Positions 9,419 to 16,112 of a stretch of DNA of 64,000 nt are shown here, piece by piece. Under the pieces are notes generated by a model, which made no database searches, had not been told where the DNA came from, and saw nothing but the letters and a program-made list of their open reading frames with translations. Each line of letters begins with the position of its first letter. Positions within the stretch are counted from its first letter, which is position 1. This stretch comes from Desulfuromonadales bacterium (GTDB taxonomy: Bacteria > Desulfobacterota > Desulfuromonadia > Desulfuromonadales > JAAYDE01). The stretch spans positions 22,728-86,727 of the forward strand of contig CAXXJQ010000002.1 of the NCBI GenBank assembly GCA_963665045.2. Direction: 5' to 3'. The translations under genes were made by a program, and so were the position numbers.

Positions 9419-10546
9419 TCAGCCCTTCGCCAGGGCGGTCATCTTGTCAAGCCTTGGAACGCCGTCCCCGGGGTTTTCGTTTTGCCAGGTTACCCAGTCC
9501 CGCAGCTTCTCATAGGCCCTGCCTTCGGCCAGGGCCTGCTTGGCCATACTGAACCCTTCCTGCAGAGAATCCGCCTTCCCGGCCACGTACAGAAGCGGGG
9601 CCGTGTTGAGGCAGACGATGTCTCTGCGCGGACCCTGATCCAGGTTGAGAAGCACCCGAAGCAGGATCGTGGCATCGTGGGTAACATTCTTGGTGGACGC
9701 CACTTCTTCATAGGTGCAACGGCTCAGCCCGAAATCCTCCGGGGTCAGCGTGTAGGTCTTGATCTCCCCGTCACTGTCAAGCTCCGCTACCTGGGTCTCA
9801 CCAAGGAGCGAAAACTCATCCATGCCCTTGTCGCTGTGGTCGTCGAGTCCGTGCATGACCAGGGCCCGCTTGAAACCCAGTTCCCGCAGGGTCTTGATCT
9901 CGATGTCGATAAACGCGGGCGTCGGCACCCCCATGACCTTGAAGGTCGGCATGGTCGGATTCAGCAGCGGACCGACCAGATTGATGGCCGAACCGAAACG
10001 GATCTGCGACAGAACGCGAGCCAGGGTCTTCGGATGAACCGAGGGCAGAAAGGCATTCCAGGCACAGATGCCGGCATTCTCGATGCTCTTCTTGGGCAAC
10101 TCCGGGGCGGATTCGACATTGACGCCCAACGCCTCCACCACATCAATGGCCCCGCAGTTCGACGAGATGGCCCGGGCCGCATGGCGCACGACGTACAAAC
10201 CGAGAGACGATCCCACGATGGCTGCGCCGGTGCTGATATTGAAGGTTTTGAGCGTATCCGCCCCGGTTCCGCAGTTGTCAATCAACGGCTCGGGGGTGTT
10301 CACTTTCACCTTCACCGTGTCGTACTCATACAAGGCCTCGAAGGTGCCGGCTATTTCCTCCGGCGTCTCCGGCTTAGATTTCAGCGCCCCGATAAAACCG
10401 CCCTGCTGCAGATCGGACTGTTCCTCCTCACATATCTGGCGCCAGCACTCCCTGGCTTCCTCCCGCGTAATATTTTCACCACGCGTCAGTCGAGTTACAA
10501 TCGCTCCAAATTCCCGCCATCGCTTTTCCTGCTGATCCATGGTCAT
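9419..10546 (-). CDS. Anthranilate phosphoribosyltransferase-like protein (glycosyltransferase family 3), divergent active-site motifs
   Basis: 375 aa. CGTGADTLKTFNISTGAA matches the TrpD GTGGD..NIST motif. The canonical KHGNR..SSKSGSAD is replaced by RHAARAISSNCGAID. Confidence 0.7.
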   Translation of the reverse strand: MTMDQQEKRWREFGAIVTRLTRGENITREEARECWRQICEEEQSDLQQGGFIGALKSKPETPEEIAGTFEALYEYDTVKVKVNTPEPLIDNCGTGADTLKTFNISTGAAIVGSSLGLYVVRHAARAISSNCGAIDVVEALGVNVESAPELPKKSIENAGICAWNAFLPSVHPKTLARVLSQIRFGSAINLVGPLLNPTMPTFKVMGVPTPAFIDIEIKTLRELGFKRALVMHGLDDHSDKGMDEFSLLGETQVAELDSDGEIKTYTLTPEDFGLSRCTYEEVASTKNVTHDATILLRVLLNLDQGPRRDIVCLNTAPLLYVAGKADSLQEGFSMAKQALAEGRAYEKLRDWVTWQNENPGDGVPRLDKMTALAKG

Positions 10547-10593
10547 GGTCCTCGCCCTCTACTTTCTCGAATTTCCCCGCCGGCCCACGGCTC

Positions 10594-11271
10594 TCAGCCG
10601 CCCGGCTTGTAGGTCACATACAGATAGTCCCCCAAAACATCCACATGATCGAGGCGGAAGGTCGGCACCGTCCCCCCCGGCCAGAAAGCGGCGCGCTGCA
10701 CGGGAGTCACAGACTGCGATCCGCCGATTACAAACGGGCACACGATCAATTGGATCTCATCGTAAAGGCCCGCCGATATCATCGAACGGTGTACGGTCCC
10801 CCCGCCTTCCACCATCAGGCGCCGAATGCCGCACTCCTGGTACAGCTTGGCCATCAACTCGGGAAGGTCCACGAAGCGCCCCCGGCGTCCGGCCACCACG
10901 ATCCTGGCTCCTCGCGCCCTGATCTTTGCAACCCGTTCGGCAGGCGCCTCCGCCGTAACGGCCACAATGGTTTCGGCCTCCGGATTCAGAATGCGCGCCG
11001 TCGGCGCCATCTCCGCCAGGCCGTCAAGGACAATCCGTTTGGGATTCCTCCCTTGCTCTGAACGCAAGGTCAGGCGGGAGTCGTCAAGCTGAATGCTCTT
11101 CAACCCCACCATGATGCCGTCCACGGAAGCCCGTTGGGCGTTGTGCAGATCCATAATCTCCGGAGCGATCAACGAGGGGCCCACCGGATTAGCCTGCCCC
11201 GGTTTTCGACGCGGCGAAATCTTGCCGTCCAGGCTGACCGCCACCAGCATAAATGTGTAAGGGCGTTTCAT
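10594..11271 (-). CDS. RibD C-terminal-domain reductase (diaminohydroxyphosphoribosylaminopyrimidine reductase / DHFR-like family)
   Basis: 225 aa. Motifs FMLVAVSLDGKIS, ASVDGIMVGLKSIQLDDSRLTLR, RIVLDG and RLMVEGGGTVH are typical of PF01872-type reductases. Confidence 0.75.
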   Translation of the reverse strand: MKRPYTFMLVAVSLDGKISPRRKPGQANPVGPSLIAPEIMDLHNAQRASVDGIMVGLKSIQLDDSRLTLRSEQGRNPKRIVLDGLAEMAPTARILNPEAETIVAVTAEAPAERVAKIRARGARIVVAGRRGRFVDLPELMAKLYQECGIRRLMVEGGGTVHRSMISAGLYDEIQLIVCPFVIGGSQSVTPVQRAAFWPGGTVPTFRLDHVDVLGDYLYVTYKPGG

Positions 11272-11344
11272 GACTCCGAACAGCTCTCCCCTCCTGAAAA
11301 TAGCCTGTGGCTCATAAAAGCAGATATTAGCTCTTAAAAGCAGT

Positions 11345-11435
11345 TCGTAACTAAAAGATTGACACTTAAAACTGTTCTTACGGCCCTTGGAATGGGCGAT
11401 AGGAGATATTGTGCCGACAAGCTGAATAATTACAA
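11345..11435. repeat. Degenerate copy of the ~82-bp palindromic repeat family (right half well conserved)
   Basis: GGAATGGGCGAT...GCTGAATAATTACAA matches the right half of the full copy at 13516..13597. The left end TTCGTAACTA matches the copy at 5684. It ends at the trpF stop codon. Confidence 0.55.
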
Positions 11436-12113
11436 ACCTGCGTGCTTCACCGCCTTGACAAAGGTCCGCATGAGGGCCTCGTCCTTGACGCCGGAGGCAC
11501 GTTCCACCCCGCTGATCACATCCACACCGTAAGGGCGCACATAGCGAACGGCTTCAGCCACATTCCCGGAATTGAGCCCACCCGCCAGTATCAAGGGGAT
11601 CGAAACGGCATCCGCCAACCTGGCGATCACCCCCCAATCGAGAGCCACCCCGGTACCTGCCGGGCGTGAGCCTGTCTTGGAATCGACAATGAGGCCGACC
11701 AAACCGCTCGCGGACAGTATCCCGGCGGCGCGAACCGGATCGGACTCGGGAAACTGAGCCTCACCGCTGTCGACATCAATGCGCAGGGCCTTGAGAACCT
11801 TGACCCCCTCCGGCCGCAGAGCATCGACGACCGCCTCGATCTCAGCCAGCGTCTCGTCGCCGTGCAACTGAAGGAAGTTCGGGCGAACCTTCCTGGCGAT
11901 GGCGATCATATCCGCCACCTCGCCGCCAACCACGGCCACCGTCGTTACAAACGGGGGCGCGCGGCGAACCAGCTCCGCCGCCTGCTCCCGCGCCAGGTTC
12001 CAGGGAACGGGCACCGGATATTCGGTTACAAAGCCCAGGGCATCGGCCCCGGCCCGCACCGCCATCGCCACATCCTCATCACTCATCAGTCCGCAGAGCT
12101 TCACTCGGGTCAT
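11430..12113 (-). CDS. trpF: Phosphoribosylanthranilate isomerase
   Basis: 227 aa. Motifs KLCGL, GADALGFV, LQLHGDE, VDSKTGSRPAGTGVALDW, ILAGGLNSGNV and GVDVISGVE are the canonical PRAI pattern. There is a 4-nt ATGA overlap with trpC. Confidence 0.85.
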   Translation of the reverse strand: MTRVKLCGLMSDEDVAMAVRAGADALGFVTEYPVPVPWNLAREQAAELVRRAPPFVTTVAVVGGEVADMIAIARKVRPNFLQLHGDETLAEIEAVVDALRPEGVKVLKALRIDVDSGEAQFPESDPVRAAGILSASGLVGLIVDSKTGSRPAGTGVALDWGVIARLADAVSIPLILAGGLNSGNVAEAVRYVRPYGVDVISGVERASGVKDEALMRTFVKAVKHAGL

Positions 12114-12835
12114 GGGGAAAACTCCCCGGCCGATGCCCTGCGCACGGCAGAAAACAGCTCTCTGATATGGGCCGTCAGATCGTCCGCCTGCAAAATGGCG
12201 GTCCCGACCAGAACCGCATCCGCTCCCGCCGCCAGCGCCCGGGCAATGTCGCCGGCGCTCAACAGAGAACTCTCCGAAAGCGTCACGATCCCGTCCGGCA
12301 CCAGTGGCGCCAGAGTTTCGGTCACCCGCACATCGCCGGAGTCCTTCTCAAGCGTGAGCAGATCGCGGTTGTTAATACCCAGGATGGCTGGACACAGCGC
12401 GAGGGCACGTTTCAACTCTTCAGCCGTGTGGACTTCCACCACGGCCTCCACGCCTGTCTCCAACGTCCTTTGGTACAACTGTTCCAACCGCCCAGGGGGA
12501 ATGGTCGCCAAGGTCAGCAACACCGCCTGCCCCCCGTAAGCCGCCGTTTCATCCACCTGATCCGGGTGCTCCAGGAAGTCCTTGCGCAGGACCGGGAGAT
12601 CGACGGCCGACGCAACCTCACGCAGCATCGCCAGGCTGCCGCCAAAATTTCTGGATTCGGTAACCACCGACAGGGCACAGGCTCCCGCCCCGGCCAGGGC
12701 CCGGGCCAGCTCGCCCGGGGAACGGTGACGCAGCAGATCGCCATCACGGGGAGAGACCGGCTTGATATCCGCGATCAAAGGGTAGCGTCCAACCTCATCA
12801 CAGCGACGGATCGCACTGGAGAGAGCACCAGCCAT
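12110..12835 (-). CDS. trpC: Indole-3-glycerol-phosphate synthase (short N-terminus)
   Basis: Motifs IADIKPVSPRDG, LSVVTESRNFGGS, PVLRKDFL, VVEVHT and GINNRDLLTLE are present. Start taken at the internal Met (MAGALSS), 2 nt after the upstream stop; the track ORF extends to 12898. Confidence 0.8.
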   Translation of the reverse strand: MAGALSSAIRRCDEVGRYPLIADIKPVSPRDGDLLRHRSPGELARALAGAGACALSVVTESRNFGGSLAMLREVASAVDLPVLRKDFLEHPDQVDETAAYGGQAVLLTLATIPPGRLEQLYQRTLETGVEAVVEVHTAEELKRALALCPAILGINNRDLLTLEKDSGDVRVTETLAPLVPDGIVTLSESSLLSAGDIARALAAGADAVLVGTAILQADDLTAHIRELFSAVRRASAGEFSP

Positions 12836-12837
12836 CG

Positions 12838-13125
12838 CTATTCGCCGTCTCCAATGAACTCGCCCCACATCCGTTCCATGTTCTGCTTTGAGTAGCAACG
12901 GAATGCCATGTGGGTCTGGGTCTTGGTGATACCCTTGACCGAACCGACGCTGCCCGCGACAACCTCGGCCAGTTCATCGTATTCTTTCACCCGGATGATT
13001 GCCAGGAGGTCATACTCACCCGACACCGAGTAGACTTCCGCAACGCCGGGACAATCCACCAGCGCCTGCGCAACCTCGTGCACCTTGCCGACTTCACAGC
13101 TAACGGTCGTAATCGCCGTAATCAT
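12838..13125 (-). CDS. Stand-alone Lrp/AsnC ligand-binding (RAM) domain protein, 95 aa
   Basis: MITAITTVSCEVGKVHEVAQALVDCPGVAEVYSVSGEYDLLAIIRV... is a RAM/AsnC_trans_reg pattern without an HTH. GGAGGAAG RBS lies before the ATG at 13125. The track ORF to 13344 is an unlikely extension. Confidence 0.7.
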   Translation of the reverse strand: MITAITTVSCEVGKVHEVAQALVDCPGVAEVYSVSGEYDLLAIIRVKEYDELAEVVAGSVGSVKGITKTQTHMAFRCYSKQNMERMWGEFIGDGE

Positions 13126-13515
13126 AGTATCTTCCTCCACCTGAAATCGTCGGACATAACGTCCGACAGCATGTGACCTGACTCCAAAATACCGATTGCA
13201 CGCCGATGGAAAATCCGCCGCGCAGCCACTCGGCCATAGATCTTTATTGCGTGGGAAGGACCTTCTCCAGCCATGCCCGCCCCATTTCTCCGATAGCAAC
13301 CCAGATTTGTACAAACTTATAAGCCAGCTGAACTTCACTGTCAACCTAAAACCATGTTTTAAAAATCAAATTACCGTTTAATTTCGATCATTTTCACGTT
13401 TTTGTCACAAAAATAAAGGAACTTTAAACCACTTGATTAATGGCTTCTCCGATTGAAAAATGTTGGTTTAAAAAAACCGGAAAATCATCTGATTGATGTT
13501 CGATCCTTGAATATT

Positions 13516-13597
13516 TTGTTACTATTCAGCATTAGGACTCGTGTCGCCCATGGAATGGGCGATGCGAGTCCTAGTGCCAATAAGCTGATAATTACAA
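13516..13597. repeat. Full-length copy of an ~82-bp palindromic intergenic repeat (REP/MITE-like)
   Basis: TTGTTACTATTCAGC-ATT-AGGACTCG-TG-TCGCCCA-TGGAA-TGGGCGA-TG-CGAGTCCT-...-GCTGATAATTACAA. It has terminal inverted repeats plus a nested 8+7-bp stem. Partial copies lie at 5684, 11345, 36423 and 37537. Confidence 0.7.
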
Positions 13598-13649
13598 TAT
13601 CTTTCTGCTGAAAGTGTCTTGGGTCTGCAAGCCTGGTTCTTGCCAACCG

Positions 13650-13692
13650 TCCCAAAATAATAATGCCTGCCCCGGTTTTCGGGCAGGCATTA
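13650..13692 (-). terminator. Rho-independent terminator downstream of the RelE-like gene
   Basis: AATGCCTGCCC / GGGCAGGCATT 11-bp stem, followed on the minus strand by ATTATTTT. Confidence 0.6.
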
Positions 13693-13847
13693 TCCTCTCT
13701 GACGATGGGTTCTTTTTCCAGGACCCATGAACTTTTGAGTTGTTTGGAAAATCTGAGGCATACCCCCAAGTACGCCAGTGATATTTAAAAGGGTTTTACG
13801 ATTCACCGCTTTGAACTGTTGCCGTGGCATGACTCATGGACACAAGC

Positions 13848-14201
13848 TCAAGGGACAAGGTGGCGCAAGTGAGAAGCCTGCTCATTTTTATGAAAGAGGT
13901 CGAAAAAAATCACGCTCCGGTCATTGACGTCACCACAGGACCCGCAATGTTCCGCCAATTTTTTCGCTTCCTTCCGGCATTTTTCACACCATTGATAAAT
14001 CAGCCGGTAGTCTCTCCGGCCGACGTATTTTTTCAAGCGTCCATGGTGAAGGCCATGCATGCGGCCATCGGCATCGCCGGGCGTTTCGAGAAGACGGTTA
14101 ATAACCCGCAGAATTCGCTGGTAGCCTGATGGGTCACGTTTTTCAATCCTTTCGAGTTTTTCATCAAATTGCTCAGTGGAGTGAAAGTTGTAAGTGCTCA
14201 T
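13848..14201 (-). CDS. RelE/ParE-superfamily toxin-like protein with an inserted CxxC...CxxC zinc ribbon
   Basis: 117 aa. GRLKKYVGRRDYRLIYQW...VIFFDLFHKNEQ fits the RelE/ParE core. CEKCRKEAKKLAEHCGSCGD is inserted between the strands. Confidence 0.6.
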   Translation of the reverse strand: MSTYNFHSTEQFDEKLERIEKRDPSGYQRILRVINRLLETPGDADGRMHGLHHGRLKKYVGRRDYRLIYQWCEKCRKEAKKLAEHCGSCGDVNDRSVIFFDLFHKNEQASHLRHLVP

Positions 14202-14576
14202 AAGTTTTAACCGCTCTCATTCGAGGCAAAAAAACATTTTTGGAGTTGGAGCAGCCCCACATTCAGATGTTTTTCTGCCACAGGCAAACACCTAAATATC
14301 CTTCATATCATGGGCCGCTCAATTCTCTCAGGTTGCGGATCATTGTCAATGAAAACTTTTTTGCGTTAAACCCCTGACAATATTTTTCCCTTTTCCCAAA
14401 AATCTGAAGCAATTTCACCAATAAATTTTCGGTTGTCCTGAAAAAGCGCTTAACGTAAGCTAACAATCAATGCATTATTGATCTCTCAAACAGCCTTTGT
14501 CAAAATCCGCCCAAAGCCTGAACCCTCCTTATAAACGGCTTTGAAGCGGAAAGCATTTTCAACAGGAGCATTCCTC

Positions 14577-15503
14577 ATGTCCATGAAACAGGAAACCCGG
14601 CTTCTCATGGGGCTCTCTTCCATGGCAGGATTGATTTTCTGCCTGGCCAATGCCATGGGGGCCGATCTTCTCTGCATCACGGAAGGATGTAAAATTTATC
14701 AGGAATTCACCTTTTTCGGTATAAACTTCTATGTCCTCGGTGCTCTGGGTTTTTCTGCCATTTTACTCCTTCTTCTGCTTCCCCGTCGTGTCCCGGTGGG
14801 CATCCTGCTGCGTTTTGTCATTCCCATAGGGCTGCTGATTGAAATCCTCCTTCTCGGTTATATGTTTCTTTTCTGGTCCTGTTCAAGCTGCCTGGTTGCT
14901 GCATTTTTATTTGGGCTGGCCGTGTGTCTCGGCATTCTCACCTTCAGCGAGCTGCAGAACCGTCCAATCTATTTTTTGACCGCCGTGTGGTTCATTCTTT
15001 TCTTTGTCGGTTTTTTGGGTTCCACAAAAGAAGTATCTTTCAAGCCCTGGAGCATGTCCGGCGGAGACAGTTCCGTCCAAGTCTATTTCTCTCCCACCTG
15101 CCACCGGTGCGAAGAGGTGGTGACGGAAATCCTCGATTATTACGTAAATCCTGCCGGAGTGGCTTTTTACCCGGTTGCAAAAAATGAGGAAGATCTCCGG
15201 CGTCTGAAAGCCGCTCTCCCTCTTCTCAGAGATTCAGCCAAACCGGGAAAAGCCATCCGCGCCCTGTTCCAACCGGGGGATCCTGCCGTTAAAGTCCCCG
15301 ACCTCTCCTGGCGGGACCGCTTTCGACTCTTGTGCAACAAAATCCAGCTTGCCCGCATGGGCCTGTCGACAGTACCCCAGGTTATTTCTACAGCCCCCCT
15401 TAAAATGCGGGAAGCACCTCCTTTTGAAGGTGGTCCGACCCCGTTTTTTCCTGACCAGAAGGATGAAAGCTGTTCTCCCTTCAGTGAGGTGCCCTGCCCC
15501 TGA
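14577..15503 (+). CDS. VKOR-family membrane thiol oxidoreductase fused to a periplasmic thioredoxin-like domain
   Basis: Loop cysteines LCITEGCKIY, membrane CxxC (WSCSSCLVAA), 4-5 TM helices, then a Trx-like FSPTCHRCEE. AGGAG RBS lies 8 nt before the ATG at 14577; the track starts at a TTG at 14541. Confidence 0.7.
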   Translation: MSMKQETRLLMGLSSMAGLIFCLANAMGADLLCITEGCKIYQEFTFFGINFYVLGALGFSAILLLLLLPRRVPVGILLRFVIPIGLLIEILLLGYMFLFWSCSSCLVAAFLFGLAVCLGILTFSELQNRPIYFLTAVWFILFFVGFLGSTKEVSFKPWSMSGGDSSVQVYFSPTCHRCEEVVTEILDYYVNPAGVAFYPVAKNEEDLRRLKAALPLLRDSAKPGKAIRALFQPGDPAVKVPDLSWRDRFRLLCNKIQLARMGLSTVPQVISTAPLKMREAPPFEGGPTPFFPDQKDESCSPFSEVPCP

Positions 15504-15790
15504 GACGCTGTCGGCCCGGACTCCTTAAGACCCTCCAGCCAGTTCATCCCGCTTGATGCCCCTGACTCACCGGACGGCACCCTGCTGCAGCGGCGCATCG
15601 AGGCCATCGACGGGGAAATCGCCCGTCTGAAAACCCAGCAGAGAGTCCTCATCTCCCTGTTGCAAAAGGCCGGCAATGATACGCCTCCCGATATCGACAA
15701 AAAAGGCCTGGGTGGAAATATTCGAGGCGGCAGGCTCTTCAGAACAACATGGATAGTAAAATTGGAACAAGGGTTGCTGTCTGAGTAAGC
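15504..15790 (+). pseudogene. Remnant of a MerR-family regulator gene (C-terminal coiled-coil/effector part only, frameshifted)
   Basis: The frame reads ...DGTLLQRRIEAIDGEIARLKTQQRVLISLLQKAGNDTPPDIDKK with no start codon or HTH. Removing one A from the A6 run gives KKAWVEIFEAAGSSEQHG*, a typical MerR-family continuation. Confidence 0.35.
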
Positions 15791-15823
15791 AACGACTTTG
15801 TTCCAACCTGCTGGCATTTCCCC

Positions 15824-15852
15824 TTGCAAGTGCGAAAGCTTTGGCTTATATT
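15824..15852 (+). promoter_or_regulatory. Sigma70-type promoter of the ilv leader (TTGCAA-17-TATATT)
   Basis: TTGCAA at 15824..15829, a 17-nt spacer, then TATATT at 15847..15852, about 38 nt before the leader ATG. Coordinates cross-checked with antisense ORF 15167..15865. Confidence 0.55.
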
Positions 15853-15889
15853 TCATTAATTCCAAGGATCAGAGAGAAAAGAATCCCCT

Positions 15890-15994
15890 ATGCAGCGCAA
15901 TAACACCATCACCATTAATCCCGCTAATATTCTCCTCACCGTCGTCGGTGTGGTGCTTGTGGTGGTGTGCGTGATCAAGCGGTTCGTGCCTTAG
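15890..15994 (+). CDS. 34-aa branched-chain-amino-acid-rich leader peptide of the ilvBN operon
   Basis: MQRNNTITINPANILLTVVGVVLVVVCVIKRFVP has 17 of 34 residues Val/Ile/Leu plus 3 Thr. A strong terminator follows 27 nt later, then ilvB 50 nt after that with no room for its own promoter. Confidence 0.6.
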   Translation: MQRNNTITINPANILLTVVGVVLVVVCVIKRFVP

Positions 15995-16021
15995 CGGGAT
16001 TAATCAATAATTTTTCCATTA

Positions 16022-16063
16022 CCCCCCCGCCGGCGCGAACCGGCGGGGGGGTTTTTATTTTTT
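16022..16063 (+). terminator. Attenuator terminator between the leader peptide and ilvB
   Basis: CCCCCCCGCCGG-CGCGAA-CCGGCGGGGGGG followed by TTTTTATTTTTT. Coordinates cross-checked with antisense ORF 15975..16607. Confidence 0.8.
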
Positions 16064-16112
16064 CATCCCCCCCCTTTCGCGGCCTGCGGAAAAATGAAAG
16101 GAGAATTACACC

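Noticed and set aside
8271-10612. Long + strand ORFs 8271..9515 (414 aa) and 9482..10612 (376 aa)
   Set aside because: They are antisense to the Mo-oxidoreductase and TrpD-like genes, which have clear family motifs. The translations are Arg/Gly/Pro-rich with no recognisable domains.
15167-15865. 232-aa minus-strand ORF spanning the end of the VKOR gene and the MerR remnant
   Set aside because: It overlaps a well-supported + strand CDS, has Ser/Arg/Pro-rich composition and no RBS or family signal. I used it only to cross-check coordinates.
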